From NCBI GenBank assembly GCA_977016875.1, contig CDRNST010000273.1:5332001-5396000 (forward strand): a stretch of 64,000 bases of DNA. The letters are read 5' to 3'. The translations under genes were made by a program, and so were the position numbers. The notes under the pieces were generated by a model, which saw only the letters and a list, made by a program, of their open reading frames with translations, did no database searches and was not told where the DNA came from. This stretch comes from Pavona decussata (Eukaryota). Positions 37,204-48,742 of this stretch are shown in pieces (within the stretch, counting starts at the first letter, position 1; the number at the start of each line of letters is the position of its first letter).

Positions 37204-38167
37204 AACCACTTTGACCTTTTGATATGCAAATAAATTGTTGTGTACTGCAACCTGTACAAATTTTATTTTTTGCTTTGTACAGTATTGCGTGATATGGCTT
37301 AATGGGGAAATATCCAATCGGAGAACACGTTAGAAATTGAGCCAATCAAAAATAGTTACAGATATCCCTGCAAACCTGCGAGATACCAGAACAAGCTGTT
37401 TGGAGCAGTTTTGCAGATGGACTATATCGAGTTCTCTATAGGTCTTGAGGTCTTGAGTGACAAGTCTGGCTGCAACACAGGCTAGAGCCACTCTGTGTCA
37501 TCAGTAACCTGCACAAAAAGAAACAAAAGCGGGATTGACTGATACTGATATTCTCTATGGGTGGTCTGGGCAGGTCATTTTTATTTCGTTTTACCTCGTT
37601 GCCAGTAAATGCTACGTAATGTACAAGTGGCAATTATAATTCAGTTTTGTAGTGGGTGGGAAATAAACTCTGGGGTATATATATCAGGGCTTGAAAGTGA
37701 GCAATAAGGTGATGAAAAAGTGCTTCTAACAGACTGAAGTTTTTACCCAAAACTGGGCTGAGAATGAGATTTTTATTTACTTTTCTACCTTCCCCTGTTC
37801 CTTCACCGCCTCAGGACAGAGGACCATGTATACTCTATTCTTGTAATTTAAGGACATAAAATTACCTTGTAACTTGGAAACCTTATAACTTCTGACATTA
37901 CTATCTGAGCAGGGCAGCCAAACTTGATACTGTCTTGATGCAAAAACCTCCTTCCTTTGAATGAATGATCATTTTCCTGAAAAGTACATTTATTTGTCAA
38001 TTGGTTTATTGCCCCTTCCCTTATGTGAGGCTCATTCTAAGTGCAACTTAATGACATTCATGCTCCATTTCTAACTTGAACTCAAAAGTTACCTTTTGGT
38101 GAGATTTTGTTTCTTCTTAGATTTCTTTCTGGCAGGGCCATGTTGGCAGTCATAGATCTTGTATCTT

Positions 38168-38506
38168 GGGGGGTACTAAAAAATATTTAATATGGGGAGG
38201 CTCCGCCCCGAGGTTCGACCGCTTACCCTTTTATATACCACTTTTGGCAGAAAAAGTACCCCTTTCATATACCTTCCATTGGAAAATAGTACCCCTTTCA
38301 GAAACCTACTTAAGAACACTGCATCCCCTTTTTAACCCTTAGAATGGAGGCCCTTTTAAATACCTGAACGACAGATTTCCCTACCCATTCATATACTGTG
38401 ACTCGTGAAATCCCTACCCTTTCATATACCTGAAGCATGAAAAAGGTACCCCTTTGAGGTGGAGCGTCCCGGTATAGGCCGTTGTCCCCCCCCCCCCCCC
38501 CCCCGG
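38168..38506. mobile_element. MITE-like repeat with GTACCCCTTTCATATACC motifs and poly-G/poly-C ends
   Basis: GGGGGGTAC start, repeated TACCCCTTT, C-run plus GGG end. Confidence 0.55.
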
Positions 38507-39047
38507 GACAATGTATGCCTAAATGTAAACTCTGAAAGGATCCATACCAGAAAATGTTTATTTGGTTTGACCCTTCCTCACCCCAAATCACTGAAAAGTC
38601 CCGCTTATTATCATACACCTTGTTACTTCTATCGGGTGGCTATGGATGTTCTCTGGAACTGCACATTCATAGTTCTTTCTGATTTGACAGACAATAGTGC
38701 CTCCCTTGTCATGGCAAGGGAGGAGAGGGCAGTAGTAGTAGTAGTAGGAGGAGGAGGTATGTATGCATGTATAATTTGTTTGTTTATTTCTTTGTTAGTT
38801 AACTAGTTACTTTGCTTGAAGTTTGCTATTATTATCCAAATTCACTGGGATAACATTTTCATGCCTTTATCTTAAAGGCAAACAAAATCTAAGCTCACAC
38901 TATCGAGACAATTCAATTGAAGTTTAGTATCTAAGATGTAACCCATGGAGATTATGTTCATATCAAAAAGTCTCTTTCATGAAGACCCATGGGATTTCAA
39001 TGACCCACTTTCAATGAAGTTGTTGAATCGTCTTTTTTGTTGTCACC

Positions 39048-39750
39048 ATGATGACCAGCTACGACGCAACTTTGCAAGTGCCTGCCAACTTTCAAATCGT
39101 GGGACCCTCACTCCGTGGCAAAACCACCTGTCTATTAGTTGCTGTGCGATGCGCCTGTGTATTTTCGCCACGACGATGGATCTCCCTGTCACTTCCAAAA
39201 AATAGAGTATTGCTACAGCTCGTAATGGTAACCCATCTTTGATCAATTCGAGAAGCTCGGGGTGGGGTTCCATCAAACCCTTCCCGAAGACCTGGAAGCG
39301 CTCTTTTCATGTTGGACGCATCTAGGGTTGTTGATTGTAGATGATCTCATGCTCGAGACAGTGCAATCACCTTGCATCACTCAGCTGCTGACATGCTGTA
39401 CCCACCACTTGGACCTGTTTGCTGTCACACTGACCCAAAACCTGTATCTGGGAGAATGCAAGCAAACCAGTAGAAATTGGAATTACCATTACACAGTGCT
39501 TTTTCGAAATCCCACTGACCCACATTAAATCAAAGTCTTCGTGCAACTGTTGGATGGGGAACAGCCAGAGGTTTCGGGAACTCTATAAAAAAGCCACCAA
39601 ACGACCCTATGACTACTTTCTAGTAGACAATCATCCAAGAACCTGCGAAGCCATTCATTTCAGAACACATCTCCTGCTCAGCGAACCCCAACCCATCAAC
39701 ATCTTGCAATCGCTAAAATCAAAGACCATGTGTTCCAAGAGAGGTCAAGG
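39048..39750 (+). pseudogene. Maverick/Polinton (adintovirus-like) A32/FtsK-type packaging ATPase remnant
   Basis: FQIVGPSLRGKTT, LLIVDDLM, HHLDL...LTQNLY, NYHYTVLFRNP.D, YKKATKRPYDYFLVD.HP, with stops and frameshifts. Confidence 0.8.
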
Positions 39751-39974
39751 CAAGGGAATGCTACACATCTCTTTTAACGCGACTGGTCCACCAACACACC
39801 TCTGGCAGCGTCTGACCGATCAAACCGAGGATCTGAGAGAAGGAACACTACAGATTCGTTGGCGATTGGGACATCCCAGACCCACGCTGTAACAATCCTT
39901 GGCTGAAAAAGGGACGACATCTCAAGTTCGATGTCCAACAAAAAACGGCCACCAAAGGGTTGATAGCAGGCTGT

Positions 39975-40320
39975 GTGATAGTGTGGATCCTGGCTATCAG
40001 AGTCTTTTAGGACATTTTCTACCAACAGGAAATCAGTTTGCAGCTTGCCAGATTCAGAGTCAAAGAATTGAACAAAACATACGAACTGTTCCAAAACAGA
40101 AATATCAGTGACATCATCACATAGCAAACCCACAAAATTTGATTTATGAAGCTAACTTGGCCAAGAACCAAAAACATCTCTCGTACAGGACCAGGTGATC
40201 CTGATTCAAGTATTTCATTTCTTCAAGTCCCAAATTATCCAGTAGTGACAATAAGGAAGTAAACTTTCTGTTGGGGAGTTCTTCATTAGCAAGCCAATAC
40301 AAAGAATCTTCCCCACATTT
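39975..40320 (-). pseudogene. hAT transposase fragment (ZNF862/C17orf113-like)
   Basis: YWLANEELPNRKFTSLL...GLLCDDVTDISVLEQFVCFVQF. Confidence 0.7.
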
Positions 40321-40764
40321 ACTGTAAAAAGTACCTGTATTCAATGGACACCTCTATTAAGCGGACGCTGACACCTTTAACTTGACTTTTATGGTCCTTT
40401 CTGCAAAAAGTATCCATGTTTTTGTCCACGTTTCCATGTTTTTGTCCACGTTTTAATAGATCGATCACTAAAAAAGATTTGTCACATCTTTGTAGACACT
40501 TAACAAACAAGAAATACTATCTCTGGTTGCAGCCTGATTAACAAAGAAATGATCAAATTAGTAATACGTGACCTCACCAACAAAACATTTCAGTGTGGCA
40601 AACAGGAAATTCATGTACCTAGAGACACGTCTGTAAAACTAATTACATAATACAAATCCTTCATCAATTTCTGTCTCAACCAGTTATTTGAAAACTATAC
40701 TTGCATAGTAGCTCCTATCCTGCGAGCAGTGGTTTCGTAGCGTAGCGTCCGATGGAGACTACAA

Positions 40765-41262
40765 CCTTGATGCTGAACTTTCCCATGGAAGTTCTTGATG
40801 ATAAGGCTTGTTACGTTACCTACCCTGTGAAGGATGACTGAGAACTTCGTATCTTCTGTAAATTTCCCTCGCTGGATTCCACAACCTACCCGCAGTCCTC
40901 CATCATGGTCAAGGAATGGGTAAAGGCAGTATAACGAACTTGTTGTTTTTACGGCACTCTTCTTATGCTGACTGGAGCTCTGTCTTGTCCTTCTTGGAGT
41001 GGCTTTAACATTCCCATCTCTCTTGAAAAAGCGACTTTCTGGGCTGCTTTAAGGATCTTCCTTCAGCTGACTCCACCTCTTCCACTGTCAGGGCAGACCC
41101 TTGTTGACTCCTGATTGGTTCAGCACACCTTTCCTTCTTGGATTACATCAGTTGGCGGAGTTTTCGTTTGTACCTTAGACAGATAGCAACGGCTTAATGT
41201 GCTCTGTGCCAATCCGAGAAGTAATTTAAACTATTGACAAGGCTCCATGGCTCTTGCATACT
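40765..41262 (-). pseudogene. BEL/Pao LTR-retrotransposon pol fragment (RNase H-integrase junction)
   Basis: Hand translation: YFSDWHRAH*AVAICLRYKRKL...LTVEEVESAE, plus decayed downstream PFLD..GLRVG and FH..VQHQG motifs in shifted frames. Confidence 0.65.
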
Positions 41263-42832
41263 TGTTGTATAAAACGTCACTTTCCTCACCTCTGAATCAG
41301 TCTCACAAGCACTCGCGTTGGAAGGAAAGAAATTAGTGAATTGTTTGTTCTCTCATTGCAAAGGAAGGAATAGTTAGATTCGATGCCAACTCTCGCCAAT
41401 TCCGGCAATAATTTTTACTATAGCAGTGCTTGTTTACCGCTAGGTAAACCGCACAAATTCCACAGATATGATACAACAATAAAGAAGGCGTTCCCAAAGA
41501 AGTGGTTCGGTTTATGAGTCGTGTTTATCTGTGGAAATTTCCCAAGATGGCAATTCCTTGCAAAAGATCTGCAAAGTCATGCTCACATGCCATTTTCATT
41601 GGCTAATCAGAGCGAAAAATAACCGAATTGCTTGTCAAACTCACGCTGTTCAAAGTGTTTTCTCCAAAGACAAAACATGTGAGATTAATGAGGGTATTTC
41701 AAAAATGCACAAAAGGGTCTTTGCGATTTCAACATTTTTATACAATTATGGAATCCAATCCTCCCTCACTGTTATGCAAGCATCATGCTATTTATGCTAA
41801 AGTTGCCACAGAACAAGAAATAAACATGTATCAATAAATTATCATGCAGCTAATTACTTGCAAAATGTTTTCAAGCCTCTTGAAAATCTCCTTACTCTGC
41901 CTTTTGGAGGCCATCGCTTGGGTATGGGCTTGCTCTCGTTTTAACATCTTTTCCTCCTTGTTCTAAATAATATAATTAATAATTAATAGTATATAATTTC
42001 TGGAAAAGCCATGCAAGGATATAATTTAGCACCCTCCTTCCAAACAAGTAGCCCTTTTAACTGAAATTAAGCAGATACTTTGACGAGAGTGAAGACTTTA
42101 AAATCAACAACTTTTTTCAAAAAGTAATAATATGTTATTGTCTTTTCTCAATAAGATTATCGTCCCTTATGCTCCCAAAATATTGGCAATAATTCAAAAT
42201 TATTTTCTTCCTGTGGTTAAAGCAATTATTCTCAGATTAATTTGATTGTATGTCTACTTTAAGGAAACAAAATTATTGATAAATACCTGAATAGAAGTTG
42301 GATCATTAGGATCTCTTGATCTCTTGGAAGCATTCTTTTTCTTTGTAAATGAATTTACTTTTGGCACTGTTTCTTTGGCTTAAGTCTTGGACTGGATGAA
42401 AAAAGAAATAATAATTTTAAAAGTAATAATTAGATCCATGCTTAAAAGTCATCCCAATGCCAAAAATCCTAGTATAAGGCGCTGCCAGAAAGCGTTCGGT
42501 CGTGTTTGAACTTTCCATACATTTCCCTGTATTTTTTCTAGCACAGCTACATTCCTCAGTTTTTTTCTCTAAAATCCTTTGCAAGTAATGCTCATCTTGC
42601 CCTTTATCCACTTGCGCAAGGTAGAGGCATCTAAATTGGCAATCCTATCTTTTTTGAAGCTATTGAATGTTTTGTAGCTGTGTCCCCCAACTTCAGTGAA
42701 TATTTTTAATTCAATTCTTTTTTTAATGAGGTCCCTCTCCAGACCTCCATGGGAATGTTTGCCTGATGGCAACATTCACTTGATGCTATCATCAAGGTTT
42801 CCCAGTATCGATGCTGTTGGACTTTGTGCATA

Positions 42833-45800
42833 CATGACAAGATTTATGCACTTCTGAAATCAAGGACCCCTGCCGATGTTTTTCTGTTGAATAGCGAAAC
42901 ATTGGCAGGAGGTCTTTTATTTGCTGGAGGTAGCTTCTCCACAGGACAAAATTTTTGCTTGCGCGAAAGGCGTTAAAAAAATAATTTTTGAGACTCCCGT
43001 CTGTCAACGACAGCATAAATTGTCAAATTTATCGACTTTGTAGGATCGACTTTGCGGCTTATTCACCAACTGTTAATAAGAAAGAAAATATGTGGGGAAA
43101 GTGATGACTGGAAATCTAGCTCTAATTAAACCTCGAACAAAATAATAAACGCGATCACCTCGAACAAAATAATAAACGCGATCACAAGTGTATCATTTGA
43201 AAGTGCGTGGGATTTTCAATTTTGTTTAATAGCTTTTTTAGTGCCGCATTTGTTTGCGCTTAAAAATCAAAAGACCATTGAACGACAGTACGATTGGGTC
43301 GAAATTAAAATATCTGAATCATTTTAATCATTTAATACTGATAATAGTGAAGTTGAGAATGAAATGGGTTACAGCCAGATCGATCTTACTGAAGTAAGAT
43401 ACAAATATTAGAGATGTTGGTTCTTTATTTTGCCGTGAGAATGTACATAATTATCCCTACTAAAGGTGTATGGTATTTTGTTTTGCGCACAAAACTTATC
43501 ATTTTTTCTAGCAGCGAAAATCTTGAACATTAACTTTTATTCTAAACGGTAACCATGCTGTAAATAAGAAAAGAAAATGTTCACTCTGGGTCCCGGGAAT
43601 AAATCTATGTGCTTTCCGGCCAACAGGAAATTTTGCGGCGCAGGTTGACACAGGCTTTGAGCTCTTATACTAAAATGAATAGTGTAATATTCACACAGTT
43701 TTCTTTTAGCAGCAATAATAAGAGAAAACTCTGGCATGTGTATAAGACGCTTTTCAAGCTTTTCACCAAAAAAATCTATAAGTAGATAATTAAATAAGTC
43801 AAATAAATAAATAAAATAATTTTTTTTGAGATTTTCGAGGTACGCACGTGCGTACAGAGTTGCAGCTTACAGAAGCCGAGCTCCTCTGTTCTAGGCAAGC
43901 CAATCACTCAAGTTTTCTTGATGTAAATTACCTACAAAATAAGAGAAATGTTTATGTACAAGTAGAAATATTATTTTAAATTTATAGTGCCCAAAGAAAA
44001 AAACCTGGGGAAACTGAATTCCCACAGAGTCGCAGCTTACAGAAGCCAAGCTCCTCTGTTGTTCTAGGCAAGCCAATCACTCAAGTTTTCTTATGCAAAT
44101 TACCTACAAAATAAGAGAAATGTTTATGTACAAGCAGAAATACAGTATTATTTTAAATATATAGTGGCCAAAGAAACCCCCCAGGGGAAACTGAATTCCC
44201 ACAGAGTTGCAGCTTAAGGAAGCCAAGCTTCTCTGTTGTTCTAGGGAAGCCAATCACTCATTCTTGGTGCAAATTACCTAAAAAATAAGAGAAATGGTTA
44301 TGTAAAACTAGAAATGTTATTTTAAATTTATAGTGCCCAAAGAAACACTTGGGAAACTGATTTCCCACAGAGTGGCAGCTTACAGAAGCCAAGCTTCTCT
44401 GTTGTTCTAGGCAAGCCAATCACTCAAAGTTTTCTTGATTGAAATTACCTACAAAATAAGAGAAATGTTTATATACAAACAGAAATATTATTTTAAATTT
44501 ATAGTGCCCAAAAAAAACACCTGGGGAAACTGAATTTTCACAGAGTTGCAGCTTACAGAAGCCAAGCCCCTCTGTTGTTCTTAAGGGTATGCCAAACAAA
44601 CCAATATGATCAACAGTGAAATTAATTTGCAAAAATGTAATTTTCTTAATGTATTTCTTGTTCCAAAGAAGAACCTGGAGTAAGTAATTCTCACAGAGTC
44701 ACAGCTTATGAAAGCCAAGTTCCTCTGCTACTTCAGGAAGGCCAAACATTCACTGAAAGTAAATTCAAAATAAGGTGGTTAGCTATGTCTCCTTTGCATG
44801 CATAATGTGATTTGACAAATTGTATATACTATTAAACTACACTGATGATGACACATGACACATGACGTTTGGCATGCCAGTAGAATGCCCTTAAACAACC
44901 CACTGTTGACCTAACGAGAGACTTGTGGTGATCATTGGCAACATTCATCACATACAACATGTAGTAGACAAACTTGGTATGTAAATGACCAACATCTACC
45001 ACATGTAGCTCCCAATAAGTGTCTTTCGTGAGATAAAACACTGATCAGAATGGTGTATGGTAAGGTCATGGTCAGGTTAAATCTTATTCATTTTGGAAAC
45101 TACAATTTTCTGTGGCACGCTCGATCATGCCATGATGAGTACTATTATACAATAATCACACAACAGGCGAAAGCTACAAAAGACCTGTAATGCATGGCAA
45201 AGGAAACAAAATTTAACTTCAGTCCCACGTGCAACAAGTGAAAATGTGTTGTCATGAAGCTTGACAAGCAGCATGTAAAGGGCCTTCAAGTCCAATGTCA
45301 CTGCAGAAAATAATGCATTTACATCGGTTGTGCAATGAAAATAGTAGTTATTTTAGTCTAACAAACAACATATAACAAAGGAACTAAAGCTACAGTGCAA
45401 GTTTCAGAAACCTAAGATTTACACATTCCTTGGGCACTATGAACAATCCCTGTGCAGGGTTCCTAAAGAAATGGAATTAAACATTGCATGGCTTCTTGCT
45501 TTTTGTCACCCATCAAACATTAGGAAAATAAGAATAAAATATATGCTAGGCAATATCAACTTTGGTTTAACTCAGATATGCTCAGTCTACTTTAGGACAA
45601 ATTAAGGACTTTTTAAGTACTTATAAAAGAATTCTAGGACATTTCAAGGATAAATGGGTTTTAGGGAACTTTCATTTGGGCCTTTTGATGGAATTCAGGG
45701 ACTTTTCAAGACTGTAGCCGGGTGACTGTTGTAGGCCTACTCACAGGTGTAGTCCATTGGACGAAGGATATGGAGTGGGTAAAACTTTGCCAATTTAAAA

Positions 45801-48742
45801 TCTATTTTAATATGATTGTGTATGTCTTTTAATGTATTATGTGGATCACAAAATCTTATCATTATTGCAAATTTTACAACCTTTAAATTTTACTGTGTAA
45901 TGTTTGCCATCAACAGTTAGCCCATCAGCCTTTAAGACCTTTTTTTCTTCATTGAGTCTTGTTATTAATTTTTCCACCTCACTCCGGCAAAATAGCCATA
46001 GATCAAAAACACGCTTTACCAAGAATCAAATAATTGTTATTAACAGTTCCCATCAAGTTAGTAGCATACATTGTACTCCACTGGGTTTGGATTTAATATA
46101 ATGCTTGTCTGCTTGTCAAAAATATTATGAGAGTACAAATCCTTCAGGCTGATTACAAATCACTTCAGTGTATGATGCAAGTTTAACTGAATAGCAAGTG
46201 CTCTGGAATTTAAGTTGCTTACCCTCAGTGGTGGACTCAAATTATTTAAAAAGGGATCCTCTACAATGACAATTCCTTTGTTGTTGAAACAACAATACAT
46301 ATTAATATCAATTAACTTATTTATCTATGTCAACACTGTTAATTGGCAAACATTGCCCACCATATCAATTGTATATCATAACCAACAAACTGACTCAAAA
46401 TCTACCATTGCTTAGATACCCACGAAAGTGTAACGCTTTGATGATAATTTACCTTTTCTCTGCACGGTTAGCAATAGCAATCGGAATGACAGCTAGTGCA
46501 CTCTGGGCATTCCCAAGACCTCTTACCAGCAGCCTACATCGTTGTAACAACTCCAACCGAGACTTCCTCTCTACATGTACCTGTGGAAGAAAAAAGTATA
46601 ATTGAATTTCAATATTATAAAACAATTTTACTGTCCCTGAATGATGAAAGAAAATGCCACTTATATTGGGTGGACTTTCTTACCACTGTCATTTTCATGG
46701 CCAGTAATTAAATCATAGCTAGTGTCAAATTAACTTTCAAAAGTGTGAGCTTGCAACATAACATACATTGCTGTGGTGGAATTGGTAAAAAGTTTATGAT
46801 CAGTACTTCAGAGCATCAAATTGATAAACCTTTTACTTTGCTACAAAATTAAACTAATTAAATATAGAATACACAGATATCATATACCTGCAAGGGGTCT
46901 TCCATCGAGTTTAAGATTGAATTCAAGAACTCCTGACTATGATACACCTTGGTGCAAACGACTTTGACGTGTCTGCCAGATCAAGGCCATCTTTAAACGA
47001 ATACCATAGCCCTGAAGTTCATCAGCAAGGGGCTCCAAATTGAATGTTTTCCTTGTGACAGAAAAGACAATATCTTTCTGTGCTCGGATTTCATCGGTGG
47101 TCAGCAGCAGTCCTAGGTCAGTTGATTTCTAGCGTACAGATGTGAAAAAAATTGAGAGTCTGGATTATATATCCGGAATCGAAAGGATTTTTTAACTGTC
47201 ATCATTATCATTATCATCATTCGCTGATTCAAATGTTCATGATCTTTCTCTCTTCTACAAGGAATACCGTGTATTTATCAGTGAAATATGTGTTGCTGAA
47301 CACTTTAGACCTGGTTTTTGGCCTTAGTTTAATCCTAATACTATAGACTATGATTTTTGGCCTTGTGTTGTTCCAGGAGAAAAGAGTTAATCTCAGAATA
47401 AATTAATTGAAATGTTGATGAAACTATCGCACTTTCAAATCTTCCAGCGAGGAGTAAAAGTCAAATTCTGAGATGGATATTTGATAAAAGAAGCAACCCA
47501 ACAAGGAATAAAATTCCCTTCCCTGAGTGCGAGTAAAATTGATGACAAAGACAAGTAAAAGAAAAACTTACCTCACTTCAACTGATGTTGAGAAAATTAA
47601 GTAGACTTTGCCACGATTGATTGGGTAACTTTGAGTTCAGTTTCACATACAGCTGAACCCAGTCGGGCACTCGTAGAGTTTTCAGATATTGCCTATTGAG
47701 GTCATCGCTCAGCAGTGTCAAATGCCTTACGTATTCCCTGCTTATGGGCAACTGTATTTAGGGCCGAGGATAAAATTTCTCTTACGAAATCCTGTTTTTG
47801 CCGTTCACCGTACAACAAGCATAGCCAAAGACTTTACCAAGGTCACAGCATTTCCAGACTGCTCCTGTAATACATCCAGGCAGTTATTAGCGACGGCACC
47901 AGCTTGTTTTATCTTCAATTGAGGCCCAGTTGTCAATTTTTCTAATTTGGCTGCCGTCGCAAACGGATTATCAGCCTCAAGTGACTGCAAGCAATCAGTT
48001 TCTGGCGAAGTTGGAGGTGTCTCTTGAAGCATGGCGGGAAACTGACTTCTTCCCGCCATTTCATCGATCGGTATAGAATTTATCATATCCTTGATCATTT
48101 TAAATTCAACAGAAGACGTTACTTTGCCGTCGTCCAGGTTCTTGGATCGAATTGCTCTTGTTATGATCCCAAAAAGTGTTCTAACACAGACTAAATCCTT
48201 CTTCCAAGAGGATCCAAACCACGATGGACTGACTCGCGCGCCATTTTGATCGGCTAGCTCTTAGATGGACATTTCAGGAAACTCATCTTTAAATGGCGTT
48301 CCAGAACTGCTCTGCTGCAGTCTGCTGCTCCATTCGCTTGAAACAGCGTACCAGATTTTGTTCCGACAGAGAGAAGGCGAAAAAACTCAATTTAGTCGAA
48401 GAGAATACAGAGGCGACTCAGCCGCCATTCTCATCGGCTCACCGCACTTCTTAGAAATTTGCGCAACACTTCAAGTGTTGATACTTAGGTTACGTCTAAA
48501 ATATCAACTGTTTTAACTGTTTGTTTACCATATATGTTCAGATAATCTGGTTTTCCTCCCTAAACCATGTCGTGACATTCACAACAGATCAATGAACCGC
48601 AAAATACACGATAATGCTTCAAAAGCCGCTGAGTACATGATTATCAGGTAATGAGAGATGTTGTACTGCACTAGCAGAACAAAACCGGAAATTGACACCC
48701 AAACCCTGCTGTGAATTTCGGAGTTGCATAAATCTCATCATG
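42833..48742 (-). mobile_element. 5.9-kb element with CATG-initiated ~28-bp TIRs and a decayed multi-exon RAG1/Transib-like transposase
   Basis: TIR CATGACAAGATTTATGCACTTCTGAAAT versus CATGATGAGATTTATGCAACTCCGAAAT. Exons FNLKLDGRP, QSALAVIPIAIA, GLTVDGKHYTVKFK, TLDLKAL...FCFLCH. Confidence 0.65.
43853..44745. repeat. Tandem array, ~5 units of ~170-178 bp
   Basis: CAGAGTTGCAGCTTACAGAAGCCAAG recurs near 43855, 44024, 44202, 44368, 44541 and 44694. Confidence 0.9.

Larger units (their letters stand above)
28995..37484. mobile_element. Full-length AcademH-type DNA transposon (convergent helicase and transposase genes), inactivated
   Basis: ~110-bp TIR core at 29027-29140 and 37314-37428, outer ends (T/G)AGCCTGYGTYGCAG. 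The flanks rejoin to restore a MULE exon in frame. Confidence 0.85.
21387..37976 (-). mobile_element. Fragmented Mutator-like (MULE) gene: CaRF-like N-terminus, DDE transposase, Ulp1, PHD
   Basis: Exons 37976-37866 (KFGCPAQIVMSEVIRFPSYK), 37508-37485+28994-28874 (VTDDTEWL|RRDMSVKLR...H..H), ~28536-27862 (LLDATYKTMRYEVPLFFLVVKTN), inverted exon 27375-27618, last exon ~22784-21387. Linking the Ulp1 exon to this gene is inference. Confidence 0.7.

Noticed and set aside
39048-39892. Complete Maverick or endogenous virus
   Set aside because: Only a decayed ATPase. No polB, integrase, capsid or TIRs seen.
43853-44745. CRISPR-like regular repeats
   Set aside because: Whole units are repeated, with no unique spacers.
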